From: Trueperaceae bacterium
GTDB taxonomy: Bacteria; Deinococcota; Deinococci; Deinococcales; Trueperaceae
Assembly: GCA_965213705.1 (NCBI GenBank)
Contig: OZ243913.1
Span: 2,752,001 to 2,816,000, forward strand
Length of the DNA: 64,000 nt
Direction of reading: 5' to 3'
The notes beneath the pieces are model-generated. The model was not told where the DNA came from, made no database searches, and saw nothing but the letters and a program-made list of their open reading frames with translations. Below are positions 53,909-63,857 of this stretch, one piece after another; position 1 is the first letter of the stretch, and every line of letters starts with the position of its first letter. The translations under genes and the position numbers were made by a program.

Positions 53909-53940
53909 CGCGGGAAGCTCACGAGCTTCCCGCCTTTTTA
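53909..53940. terminator. Rho-independent terminator
   Basis: GCGGGAAGCTC-AC-GAGCTTCCCGC followed by CTTTTT. Confidence 0.7.
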
Positions 53941-54206
53941 TATGGATTCCAATACTACAGCTCGTAAACCTTGGGAAAGTTGTTCGCTTCCCAATCGAAA
54001 TCCGTATCTTGTCCTCTCGCTCTGCTCGCATTTGATTCCGAGAGAGTGAACCGGAAAGGGTATGACGTTTTTTATCATGCCTTTTACATGACGTTGAGAC
54101 GAGCCGGTTTTGACTTGTCCTCCTTTTCTGAGGGAGGTGGCCTTTGGGACCGGCCGCTTCCAACTTTACGTGTTGACACGCCCCAGCCACGTTTGGAAAC
54201 GCTGCA

Positions 54207-56600
54207 CTATTCTTCGACGATGTTTGCGGTGCCCGGCGCAAACAGCACCCAAGTTTTGAAGGGTGCCAGGTCGACCGGGTCGCCCAAGCTGGTCACGAAA
54301 CTCACGCCGCCGTCAGGGTCCCAGCGACCGGGGATGGCGCGGCCGCGTAGGTACAGGGTCGCTCTGCCGCCGCGCAACGGGATGTACAAACGGCCTTCGG
54401 GGTCGTCGGGAATGGGTCGCACGTCTATGTCCGCGACCAGCACCGCGTCGACGAAGACGGCTTCGCCGGAGGCGTCGGCGGCGTCCCGGCCGTTGCGCAC
54501 CCACCGGTAGAGGTTGAGGTCTTGAACGTAGCGAAACGCCGAGTCGTAAGTTGCCGAGTAACCTACCTGGACATAGTTTGTCGCCGTCGCCGTGTCCTCG
54601 GGCCGAAAGCGGGTGCCGCTCACGACTTGGTCACGCTCGAGCCTGAGCCGGTTCACGGCCTGGCGCAGCGAGGAACCGCTCGAGTACAGGTTGTAAGGCG
54701 CGTTGCGCCCGCCTAAGCGCTCGAACAAATTGCCGCTCGTGTAGGCGTTCAGCGTAGGTACCGGGCTCCGCGAAATCGCCGCCAGCGCGGCGGGCGAGCC
54801 GCCGTCGTGGACCAAAATTCCGTCTATGCTCTGCGCGAGCGCGTGAAAGTAGTCGCGCGCGCTGCGAACCGGCCCGACCTGCGCCGGGTCGACGCGGTCG
54901 TAAACGGTCATGAGTCGGGTCAGACCGCCCTCGACGGGCATCTCTACAATCGTCGAGGCTTCCGTTAAGCCCGCTTGCGGGTAACCGCCTACGTTGTCGA
55001 GCATCACGGCGAGCGGGCGGTCGCGGTTCTCGCGGTAAGGTTCTCGCGCTAGGGGAGCGCCGGTCGCTTCTGCTGCGCCCGTCGGCCCCGCAGCCGCGCC
55101 CAGGTTGGCCGGGCTCGCGTTGTCTTGGGCCGTCGTCTGACCGGAACGTTCAGCGTTGCCGCCGGGGTCGCGGTCCGTGCGCTGTCCGGGTGAGGCGGTG
55201 TCCCCAGGCGGCAGGTCCGCGAGGGTCTCTACCGGAAACGGGGTCTCACCCGGTTCAGAGGCGGGCGCCGTGACAGTAGCAGGCGCGGTAGCGGCCACCG
55301 TCGTAGCTACCGTCACCGCCGGGCGCGGCACGGCTTGGGGTGGCGTCACGCTTGTCAAAATTTGGGGTTGCGGGACGGCTTGCGCCGGGGCCACACTCAC
55401 CGCCGTTTGCGGCCGGGGCACGGGTTGCGACGCGGCGACGGCGGCCCGCACCTGCGGCTGTGGAACGGCTTGGGCGGCGCTCACCGCCACTTGCGGCGTG
55501 ACCGCGACCGGGCGCTGCGCTGCGACGGCCGCTCCGGCCGCAGGCGTCGGAATCGTTTGCGACGGCGCGACCGAGGCCTGCGCTTGCGGTCGCGGGACGG
55601 TCTGCGCCGGCGTTACTTGCGCCGCCACCTGGGGTCGGGGGGTGGCTCGAGCCGCGGCCACAGCTGCCGAAGTCTCGGGCCGGGGCACGGCTTGAGCGGG
55701 CGCGACCGCCGCCGACGCTTGGGGTCGCGGGACGGTTTGAGCCGCGGCGACGTTCGCCGACGCTTGCGGCTGCGGGACAGCTTGCTCCGCGGCGACCGCC
55801 GCGCTCGGGGTGGGTTGCGGGATGGCCCGTTCGGGCGCGACCTGCACGCTCGGCGTTGTCGCTACCGACTGCGCCGGGACGACCGCCGCCTCGGGTGCAG
55901 GCCTGGGGATGGGCAGGGCTTGGGCGAGCGGCTGCGGCGTCAGCTCGACCTGGTCGATGTCGGGCAGGGTCGTCGCGGTGGCCTCGGCGAGGGGCAAGTC
56001 GGTCTCGAGCGGGACAGCGGGCGTTTGCACCGCAGGCGTCGGCACGGTAGGTGTCGATACGGTGGGTGTCGACACGGTGGGAGTTGGCACTGTAAGGGTC
56101 GGCGCCGGTTCGGCCTCGGTGGGGGACGGGGGTGCGACTTCGGCCGGCGGCGGCTCTGCAACAGGTTCGGCCACGGGTTCCGCGACAGGCGCTTCGGCAG
56201 CCTCCGCGGGCGGTTGGGCCACCGGTTGGGCCACCGGTTCGACCCTCGCTTCGGCAGGCGGCCCTGCAGGAACGGGCTCTACAGGGACGGGCTCTGCAAC
56301 GGTTTCCGGCGGCGCGGACTCGGCAAGGGTGGGGGCGGGCGGCGTCGCGGCGACCGGCGTACCCGCTTCGGGCGCGGCGACGAGCGGCTCGGCGGCTTGC
56401 GGCGCCGGAGCGTCGGCGCTGGGCGCGTCGGTGGGGATTTCTGACAATTCCGGCGTGCCCACGTCGATGACGAGGTAGGTGTCGAGCGCCACGGGTTGCG
56501 GCCGCGTCCACAGCCAAAACAGCAGAAGCAGGGCGAGCAGGTGTAAAAACAGCGACAACAGCAGGGCGCGGCGGCGGTCTTTGTCTTGAACCAGGGTCAT
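54207..56600 (-). CDS. TonB/TolA-like anchored Pro/Ala-rich protein with C-terminal DUF3048 (YerB-like) domain
   Basis: TM with S-x3-H (SLFLH); about 480 aa P/A/V/Q-rich linker; RPLAVMLDN, QAGL..A..VEMPVEGGLTRL, VGPVRSARDYF. Confidence 0.8.
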   Translation of the reverse strand: MTLVQDKDRRRALLLSLFLHLLALLLLFWLWTRPQPVALDTYLVIDVGTPELSEIPTDAPSADAPAPQAAEPLVAAPEAGTPVAATPPAPTLAESAPPETVAEPVPVEPVPAGPPAEARVEPVAQPVAQPPAEAAEAPVAEPVAEPVAEPPPAEVAPPSPTEAEPAPTLTVPTPTVSTPTVSTPTVPTPAVQTPAVPLETDLPLAEATATTLPDIDQVELTPQPLAQALPIPRPAPEAAVVPAQSVATTPSVQVAPERAIPQPTPSAAVAAEQAVPQPQASANVAAAQTVPRPQASAAVAPAQAVPRPETSAAVAAARATPRPQVAAQVTPAQTVPRPQAQASVAPSQTIPTPAAGAAVAAQRPVAVTPQVAVSAAQAVPQPQVRAAVAASQPVPRPQTAVSVAPAQAVPQPQILTSVTPPQAVPRPAVTVATTVAATAPATVTAPASEPGETPFPVETLADLPPGDTASPGQRTDRDPGGNAERSGQTTAQDNASPANLGAAAGPTGAAEATGAPLAREPYRENRDRPLAVMLDNVGGYPQAGLTEASTIVEMPVEGGLTRLMTVYDRVDPAQVGPVRSARDYFHALAQSIDGILVHDGGSPAALAAISRSPVPTLNAYTSGNLFERLGGRNAPYNLYSSGSSLRQAVNRLRLERDQVVSGTRFRPEDTATATNYVQVGYSATYDSAFRYVQDLNLYRWVRNGRDAADASGEAVFVDAVLVADIDVRPIPDDPEGRLYIPLRGGRATLYLRGRAIPGRWDPDGGVSFVTSLGDPVDLAPFKTWVLFAPGTANIVEE

Positions 56601-56618
56601 GCGAAAAAAGTCATCCGC

Positions 56619-57032
56619 TCAGCTACCCCCGGTGGCAATCGCGATGCGCTGCGCCCCGGCTTGCTTCATCAGGTCCATTACCCGCACGACCAGGCCGTGG
56701 GGCACCGTCCTGTCGGCGCGGAGCGCGGCGGCGCTCAGGCCGGTCGTGTCGAAAGCCGTTCGCAAGGTGGCGACCAAGTCGGCTTCACTCACCGCCACAC
56801 CTGCGACAAATATTTCGTCCTCACGATTGATGGTCACGGTCGGTAAGTCAGAAATCGCGGTCTGCGGCGACTGGGCCTGCGGCAGGTCGACGGGTAAACC
56901 CGACTCCAGGGTGATGAACGTCGTCGAGACCATAAAGAAAATAACGAGCAAAAAGACCACGTCCACCATCGGCGTGAGGTCCAGACTGAGACCTTGGCGG
57001 GCGAATCTTCGCGAGCGGTAACCGTTTCTCAT
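56619..57032 (-). CDS. exbD: ExbD/TolR family protein
   Basis: LDLTPMVDVVFLLVIFFMVS, LRADRTVPHG.VVRVMD; start set at ATG 57032. Confidence 0.92.
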   Translation of the reverse strand: MRNGYRSRRFARQGLSLDLTPMVDVVFLLVIFFMVSTTFITLESGLPVDLPQAQSPQTAISDLPTVTINREDEIFVAGVAVSEADLVATLRTAFDTTGLSAAALRADRTVPHGLVVRVMDLMKQAGAQRIAIATGGS

Positions 57033-57042
57033 AACGACCGGC

Positions 57043-57711
57043 CTACAGGTTCGGCGCGGCTTCGTAAGCGCGCGGCGCGGTGATGTCGACTTTGTCCTCG
57101 CGCCGCGCGGCGACGACCTGGGCGACGTTGCCCATGAGTTCTTCGCGGCGGCGGTCGATTTCCAACAAAATCGCGTCGACTTTGCTCGAGAGGTAGTTCT
57201 GCCCGATGAGCGTCGGAATCGCCACGACGAGCCCGGCGGCGGTGGTGACCAGGGCTTGGCCGATGCCGTCGGCGAGTGCCGCGGGGTTGCCGGTGCCCTG
57301 CTGGCTGATTTCACTAAACGCGATAATCATGCCCGTGACGGTGCCGAGCAAACCCAACAGCGGCGCGATTTGTGCGATGGTCGCCAGCGGCCTTAAGCCC
57401 CGCGACAGCCGCTGCTCTTCCAACAGCGACGCCTCTTGAAAGGCCGCGTCGACGGCGGAACGTCCGTAGGGTAGGCGCAGCAGCGCGGCCTTGAGCACCC
57501 TCGAGACCGGCCCGCCGTGCGCGTCGCAAGCGCCCAGCGCGCTCTCCAAGTCGCGGTCGCGCACCGCCGCGTTGACCTCCACCATCAGCGCGTCCGCTTC
57601 GACGGGCTCGCGCGACAGCTTAAAAAGTCGGGCAAAAAACAAGTAAACTGCGTAGACGGAAACCAAAATGATGGCGACCAAAACCGGTCCACCACTTGTC
57701 AATAGCTGCAT
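57043..57711 (-). CDS. exbB: MotA/TolQ/ExbB proton channel family protein
   Basis: APLLGLLGTVTGMI, GIGQALVTTAAGLVVAIP. Confidence 0.92.
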   Translation of the reverse strand: MQLLTSGGPVLVAIILVSVYAVYLFFARLFKLSREPVEADALMVEVNAAVRDRDLESALGACDAHGGPVSRVLKAALLRLPYGRSAVDAAFQEASLLEEQRLSRGLRPLATIAQIAPLLGLLGTVTGMIIAFSEISQQGTGNPAALADGIGQALVTTAAGLVVAIPTLIGQNYLSSKVDAILLEIDRRREELMGNVAQVVAARREDKVDITAPRAYEAAPNL

Positions 57712-58053
57712 AAACCCACCCTATCAAAAAACACAAAGCTAGTCACACGACTTAAACACAGTCGCCGTCAACCGTCGCTGTTAACCACAGTCGCCGCCCA
57801 GGACGGAGCAGCAACGGTGCAAAAAGCTTAGCGGTCAGGCAGGTGAGAAAAACCGTTGCGAAGACACCTTGTAGAAGACACCTTGTAAGAGAGCCTTTTT
57901 GTGCCCGGAACTTTGCGCCCGGAACCGAGAAAAATAGGTGGAAAAGGCTTGTTCGGAGCGGGCCGACTGTTTCTCAAACCTTGCGCCGGCACGAACGTCT
58001 ATGCTTTAATGGGTGAGTTGTCAAGAAAGAAGTGAGGAAGGACCCCCTTAAAC

Positions 58054-60792
58054 ATGGATGATAAGTCAACCCAGGCTGCGGAAGCCCCTGTCCCAGCCGC
58101 CGACCAAGCCCCGAACGCGCCCTTAGACCAGGCCCCGAACGCGTCAGCCGAGCTGGGTGCAGATGACGCGACGGTAGCAGCGACGTCCCCCGAGCTTACC
58201 GCTACTTCCGACATGCCTACCGGCGACGAAGCGGACAGCGACGCAAACAGCCAGCCGACCCGCACCGACCTGAGCGGCGAAACGAGCCCCGAAGCTCCGA
58301 CACCGGACGCAGCCACAGCGGACACGGCTACAGCGGACAGGACCACACCGAACCAGGAAAGCGGCAGACCGGGTTTGGGCGCGGTTGCAGCCGTGGGTGC
58401 CGCCCTGGGTGCCGCTGCCCTGGGTGCCGCCGCGTTCAACGCGGTCAGACACCGCAACGACGATAACCGTGCCGAGGGTGACGACAGGGGTAGCGCCGCT
58501 GCCGAACCCGCTGAAAACGATTCGCACAACCAGGCCGAGGCTTTCGACACTGCTCGAGCGGACACCCAAGAAGAGGCCGAAACGCAAAACGCCGCGCCGC
58601 AGAACGAACCTTTAGAAACCAGGGTTGCGGAAACTGCCGTGATGAGCGCGCCCGCAATGGAAGCCCCCACAGTAGAAACGCCCACAGTGGAAACGTCCAT
58701 TACGGAAAGCAATGCGGCGGAAGTGTCAGGGCCGGAGGCTTCACCGCTGGAGACGTCGTCTAGTGTGGCGTCCAACGTGGCAGCAGACGACACCTCGGCG
58801 ATGGAAACCATGACGATGGAAGACGTGTTGGCCGCCAGCGACGAGCAGTTGGCGAAGCCGCCCGTCCACCGCGGCATGATTCTCACCGGCAGCGTCATCA
58901 TGTTGGCGCAAGACGGCATCATCGTCGACGTGGGCGCGAAAATCGAAGGGTTGTTGCCTTACAACCAACTGTTCGAGTTCGACACCAACGCCAAGGACGC
59001 CGCCAAATACTTTAAGTCCGGCGACGAGATTCAGGTTTACATCGTCCGTTCGGACATCCCGAACAACACGATTATCCTGTCCAAAAAGCGGGCCGACCAA
59101 GAACGCGCCTGGAACTTGTTGCAAGACATCCACGAGAAAAACCTGCCCGTCGAGGTCGAAATCGTCGACAAAGTTCGTGGCGGGCTCGTCGCCAACTTAG
59201 GCGTGCGGGCCTTTTTGCCGGCCAGCCAAGTCGATATTCGCCGCGTCAACGACCTCGCGCCGTATGTGGGCCAGCGCCTCAAGGTCAAAATCATCGAGCT
59301 CAACCGCAAGCGCAACCGCGTCATCGTGTCGCGCCGCGCGATTCTCGAGGAAGAGGTCGCGGGTCTTAAAGAAGAGACGCTTGCCAAGCTCGAGCCGGGT
59401 TTGCAAATCGAGGGCGAAGTTGTCGAAATCACCGACTTCGGCGTGTTCGTCAACTTGGGCGGCGTCGACGGACTGGTTCACCGCAGCGAACTGTCCCACG
59501 GCCGCTTCAACCACCCGCGCGAAGTCGTCAAGTTAGGTGACAAGCTCAAGGTCGAAGTCTTAGACATGGACTTAGAGCGCGAGCGCATCAACTTGTCCGC
59601 CAAAAAGCTCGCGCCCGACCCCTGGGAAAACGCGCTGCTCAACTACTCCATCGGCCAGCGGGTCGAGGGCAAGGTGACCAACCTGACGCCCTTCGGCGCG
59701 TTCGTCGAAATCGAGCCCGGTCTGGAAGGCCTCATCCACGTCTCCGAAATGAGCTGGACCAAGCGCATCCGCCACCCCAAGGAAGTGCTGACCGAGGGCG
59801 ACGACGTCGAGACGATGGTGCTCAAAATCGACACCGAGCAACAGCGCATCTCGCTCGGCTTGCGCCAGACCCAACCCGACCCCTGGAGCAGCTTGCCCGA
59901 CCGCTACCCGCCCGGCACCGAGGTCACCGGCCCGATTACCGGCATCACCGACTTCGGCGTGTTTATGGAAATCGAAGAGGGCATCGAGGGCCTGGTTCAC
60001 ATCAGCGAACTAGCCCACGAACACATCGAGACCATCGAGGAACACTTCAACAAAGGTGACGAAGTTACCGCCGTCATCCTCAACATCGACCCGGTCGAGC
60101 AGCGCGCCTCGTTGTCCCGCAAACGCCTGTTGCCATTCACCGCCGGCGAAGGCGACGCCGACATGACGCTGGGTGCGCCCGCCAGCCGTGGCGGAGGTCG
60201 CAAAGGTCGCCGCGGTGGCCGCCGTAGCCAAGTCATCGACTATGACTACAGCTACGCCGCCAGCGACACGAGCACCAAAGCGACAACCAAACTCGGGGAC
60301 GTTTACGCAGACTTATTCGCCCAGTTCGGGCTGACCGAAACTAAAAAAGACGCGGACAGCGACGAAACCGTCCAAGCCGACGCAGGCACCCGCGCGGCCA
60401 GCGAGCCTTCTTCCGCCGCAGGTGACTTGGGCCCCGACGCCGCACAGGGTGGGGCCGGTCAAGCCGAGTCCGAGCAACAAACGACTCGGACGGTTGAAAA
60501 GAACGAGCAGAAAGACGAGCCGCAACAGACCCAGGCGACCGAGCCCGAAGTCGACCCGGAAAACGCCATCGACGCCGCCGAAGCCGCCGCACTCCTCACC
60601 GCAGCTTTTCGTGAGGGCAAGCGCCCGGCCCCCGCGACGGAGGCCAACACCGCCGACCAAAGTAACAACCAAGGCGGTAATGTGGACGAGAAAGAAGACG
60701 ACGTAGTCGCCGCAGAAACCGTCCAGGAGAACGCTTCAGCGACGGCCACCAACGAAGAAGCCGCCGAAGAAGCTGAAAAAACAGAAGCGTAA
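58054..60792 (+). CDS. rpsA: 30S ribosomal protein S1 (five S1 domains) with long acidic N- and C-terminal extensions
   Basis: S1 repeats ([66 protein letters not shown]); C-terminal [10 protein letters not shown]. Confidence 0.93.
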   Translation: MDDKSTQAAEAPVPAADQAPNAPLDQAPNASAELGADDATVAATSPELTATSDMPTGDEADSDANSQPTRTDLSGETSPEAPTPDAATADTATADRTTPNQESGRPGLGAVAAVGAALGAAALGAAAFNAVRHRNDDNRAEGDDRGSAAAEPAENDSHNQAEAFDTARADTQEEAETQNAAPQNEPLETRVAETAVMSAPAMEAPTVETPTVETSITESNAAEVSGPEASPLETSSSVASNVAADDTSAMETMTMEDVLAASDEQLAKPPVHRGMILTGSVIMLAQDGIIVDVGAKIEGLLPYNQLFEFDTNAKDAAKYFKSGDEIQVYIVRSDIPNNTIILSKKRADQERAWNLLQDIHEKNLPVEVEIVDKVRGGLVANLGVRAFLPASQVDIRRVNDLAPYVGQRLKVKIIELNRKRNRVIVSRRAILEEEVAGLKEETLAKLEPGLQIEGEVVEITDFGVFVNLGGVDGLVHRSELSHGRFNHPREVVKLGDKLKVEVLDMDLERERINLSAKKLAPDPWENALLNYSIGQRVEGKVTNLTPFGAFVEIEPGLEGLIHVSEMSWTKRIRHPKEVLTEGDDVETMVLKIDTEQQRISLGLRQTQPDPWSSLPDRYPPGTEVTGPITGITDFGVFMEIEEGIEGLVHISELAHEHIETIEEHFNKGDEVTAVILNIDPVEQRASLSRKRLLPFTAGEGDADMTLGAPASRGGGRKGRRGGRRSQVIDYDYSYAASDTSTKATTKLGDVYADLFAQFGLTETKKDADSDETVQADAGTRAASEPSSAAGDLGPDAAQGGAGQAESEQQTTRTVEKNEQKDEPQQTQATEPEVDPENAIDAAEAAALLTAAFREGKRPAPATEANTADQSNNQGGNVDEKEDDVVAAETVQENASATATNEEAAEEAEKTEA

Positions 60793-60801
60793 ACTCACCA
60801 C

Positions 60802-60834
60802 AAGAAAGCCCGCCTCAGAGGCGGGCTTTTCTTT
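60802..60834 (+). terminator. Rho-independent terminator after rpsA
   Basis: AAGAAAGCCCGCCTC-A-GAGGCGGGCTTTTCTTT. Confidence 0.85.
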
Positions 60835-61196
60835 GAAATCTTGCGGTTCATTCTGAGATTTTCCGGGTCTTGAAGGGAAACACCGGCTTTTCCAACAACA
60901 GCTCGGTAAAGGGACTTGTAGAGCAGGCCGGATTTTCCAACTACGTTTTAAGTATCTCCATGGTAAATTTGCTCCTGCAAGTTCACCCGAGTGGAGCGAG
61001 TACGGATAGGCCGACTAAGCATTCTGCAAAGTCACTATGGATTAGCTTGGGGCCACGAAGTTTCGGCTCATCATACTTTACCCGGTTGCTCGAGCGGTCT
61101 GTTGGGAAGAGCTGCTGGTCAAAAAAGTCGCAAAAGCTGAAAAAGCAAAGGCAGGCACTTTGTTCTGTCTATCCAGTTCTGTCTACCCAAAAGAAC

Positions 61197-61910
61197 TCAG
61201 CGTAGCCACACACCGTAGACGACCGCCACAAGGACGACAACCATGAGCACGGAGCCCACTACAACCCACGGGCCGCTTTTGGCGGGCTTGGTTTTTGTAT
61301 ACGGTGTGGCAGTTACGTTCGGTGTGGCAACTTCGGTAACGTCCTCGGTCTCTTTGGATGTCCCCTCTTCCGCCATCAACTTTTTGGTTTCTGGTTGCTG
61401 TGACCCAGCTTCTTCACCGGCCTCGGACGCGGTTGGCGGGTGTTGCGAGAAGCTCGAGACGGCGGGGTCGAAACGAGATTTGTCAGTTATAGTTGGTAGT
61501 GGCGGCGGGGTGACCACGTCCTCGGATACTTCGTCTTGGGACAAGGAGCTTCGGACACCTGCCTCACCCCAAACGTTTTCAGCCCCCACAGCGCTCACGA
61601 CAGCGCCGACGACAACGGCGTCGCCACCGGCCGCACGCAGGGTCTCGGCAACCTTTTCGGCGACGGGCTTGTTTACGCGTTTTGTCAACGGACCCGCACC
61701 GCGGCTCAAAAGTTTGCCGAGCTTGGGTTCGGTAAGGGCAAGCTCGCTCGCCACTTGCGAAGCCACGCGCGAGAGCTGCGGTTCAAACAAGGGAGATTGT
61801 AGTTCGACGACAAACTTGTGTTCCACAAAAAACCTCACTAAGCTAAGGGGACGTGCGTCTAAAGACGACCCTGCGTTTCTAAAGTCTAACGGGTTCACAA
61901 CCACACGCAC
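61197..61910 (-). CDS. Hypothetical protein with C-terminal TM anchor
   Basis: Globular N-part, low-complexity linker, terminal hydrophobic helix; start uncertain. Confidence 0.6.
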   Translation of the reverse strand: MRVVVNPLDFRNAGSSLDARPLSLVRFFVEHKFVVELQSPLFEPQLSRVASQVASELALTEPKLGKLLSRGAGPLTKRVNKPVAEKVAETLRAAGGDAVVVGAVVSAVGAENVWGEAGVRSSLSQDEVSEDVVTPPPLPTITDKSRFDPAVSSFSQHPPTASEAGEEAGSQQPETKKLMAEEGTSKETEDVTEVATPNVTATPYTKTKPAKSGPWVVVGSVLMVVVLVAVVYGVWLR

Positions 61911-62192
61911 AGAAAAACTTTACACCTGCGGCCACGCGTCTTTCAAACACGCCCTGTGTGGTGCAACGTGCTAAACAGTTTTGTTCCGTTTTTATACAGT
62001 AAAAAAAGTGCCCGCTTGAGGCCGGGCGGTCACAGCGTCGCAAAAAAATCCGGGGTGGCTTCAGCCAGGAAGCGCAGGTGGTAGACTACAGCCTTTGTTG
62101 AGGTACCGCCTCACTGGGTAAGCAGTCGCTGAGCGCTTTGTTTTCCACGCTTTCGCGAACCACTCAGGAAACGAGCAAGATAAGGAGAAAGT

Positions 62193-62912
62193 ATGGACTC
62201 TAAAGAAATCTTTACCTGGCTTTATGTCGCGGGAATGGCGGCGGGTGTCCTGTTGTTTTGGGCTTGGAGCCGCAACCCGCGCGGCGTGCCGCAGTACGAG
62301 TACCTCATCGCCATGTTTATTCCCGTCTGGTCGGGTCTGGCGTACACCGCGATGGCGCTGGGTCAAGGGCAAGTAGAGATTGCGGGCCAAACGACCTACT
62401 TCGCGCGTTACATCGACTGGGTCGTGACGACGCCGCTTCTGCTGCTCGCCCTCGGCCTGACCGCGATGTTTTACGTCCCTAAAGACAAGCGGCAGGTTTC
62501 GCTGTTGGCGGGGTTGCTGGGTGCAGACGTCGTCATGATTCTTTGCGGTTTGGTCGCGGACCTCTCAGGTCGGCCCGAAGTGCGCCTCACCTGGTACGCG
62601 CTCGGCTGCGTGGCGCTCGTCGTCGTGCTGTGGGGCATCTGGGGGCCGCTACGAAACATCGCCGCCGCCCACGGCGAACGCTTGGCGAAGATTTACAACC
62701 GGCTCGCCCTCTACCTCACCGTGCTGTGGTTCGGTTACCCGACGGTGTGGCTGTTGGGGCCTTCGGGTTTGGGCGTTTTCGACCAGACGACGGACACGCT
62801 GCTGTTCGTCGTGCTGCCGTTCTTTTCCAAGGTCGTCTTCAGCATCATCGACCTGTCGTCCTTGCGAGGCCTCGAGAAAACAGCGGAACACCGGGCGATG
62901 GCGCATCCTTGA
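62193..62912 (+). CDS. Microbial rhodopsin, xenorhodopsin/Anabaena sensory rhodopsin-like
   Basis: 7 TM; SRNPRGVPQYEY, ARYIDWVVTTPLLLLA, YPTVWLLGPSG, LPFFSK (retinal Lys preceded by Pro instead of Asp); RBS AAGGAG. Confidence 0.93.
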   Translation: MDSKEIFTWLYVAGMAAGVLLFWAWSRNPRGVPQYEYLIAMFIPVWSGLAYTAMALGQGQVEIAGQTTYFARYIDWVVTTPLLLLALGLTAMFYVPKDKRQVSLLAGLLGADVVMILCGLVADLSGRPEVRLTWYALGCVALVVVLWGIWGPLRNIAAAHGERLAKIYNRLALYLTVLWFGYPTVWLLGPSGLGVFDQTTDTLLFVVLPFFSKVVFSIIDLSSLRGLEKTAEHRAMAHP

Positions 62913-62993
62913 GCGTGTGATTTGACTTGTCGTTTCGCAGAAACGTTTGCAACGCGCGGCCCGTGACTAAAAAATCACGAGCCGCGCGTTTGT

Positions 62994-63857
62994 TCACTTC
63001 ACCGCGCCCGACGTCAAGCCTCGGATGAGCTGCCTCGAGAACAGGACATACAGCACCACAATCGGAATCATCGCCAAAGTGAGCGACGCCAACACCGCGT
63101 TCCAATCATTCACATACTGCCCCAAAAAGGTCTGCGCGCCAAGGATGACCGTTTTGGACTTTTCCGACGACGCCAGAATCAGCGGAAACCACAGGTCGTT
63201 CCAAATCGGAATCATGTTGAACACCGCCACCGTGCCGAGCGCCGGGCGCACCAGCGGCAGCACGAGGAGGTAAATCCGGTACTCGCTCGCCCCGTCTATT
63301 CGGGCAGCCTCTTTCAGCGCGCCCGGCACCTGCCCCATAAACTGTGTGAGGATGAAGACCGCCAGCGGAATCCCCGCCGCGACGTACACGCACACCAGCG
63401 CCCAGAGCGTGTCGATGAGGCCGAGCGCTTTCATCAGCCTCAAAATAGAAACCGTGCCCAAACGAATCGGAATCATGATGCCGAGGGCGAAAAAAAGCCC
63501 CAAAAAGGCGTTGCCGACAAAGCGGTATTCAGCAAGGGCGAACGCCGCCATCGAGCTGAACAGCAAAATGAACACCAGCGACACCAGGGTGACGAACAGG
63601 CTGTTGAAAAAGTACAGCTCGAAGTTCGCGCCGCCCAGCACCGTCCGGTAACCGACCAGGTCCCAGGTTGCGGGCGTCGGCAGGGCGAAGGGCGTCCTGA
63701 AAATGGCCTGTCGGCTCTTGACCGAATTCACCAGGATGAGAAAAATAGGCGCGACCGCGACGGCGGTGCAAACCAGAAGCACCGCGTGAGCGCCGAGCGT
63801 TTGCCAGGCTCGAGCCCAGCCCCCCGCTCTTCTAACATCGCGAGTCAAAACCGCCAC
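62994..63857 (-). CDS. Carbohydrate ABC transporter permease
   Basis: YFFNSL, EAARIDGASE, WNDLWFPL, GLTSGAVK. Confidence 0.93.
   Translation of the reverse strand: MAVLTRDVRRAGGWARAWQTLGAHAVLLVCTAVAVAPIFLILVNSVKSRQAIFRTPFALPTPATWDLVGYRTVLGGANFELYFFNSLFVTLVSLVFILLFSSMAAFALAEYRFVGNAFLGLFFALGIMIPIRLGTVSILRLMKALGLIDTLWALVCVYVAAGIPLAVFILTQFMGQVPGALKEAARIDGASEYRIYLLVLPLVRPALGTVAVFNMIPIWNDLWFPLILASSEKSKTVILGAQTFLGQYVNDWNAVLASLTLAMIPIVVLYVLFSRQLIRGLTSGAVK

Noticed and set aside
60845..60930. Degraded AHH/HNH toxin fragment (minus strand FTELLLEK / AGVSLQDPENL)
   Set aside because: Needs a frameshift, is very short and shows no catalytic His motifs.
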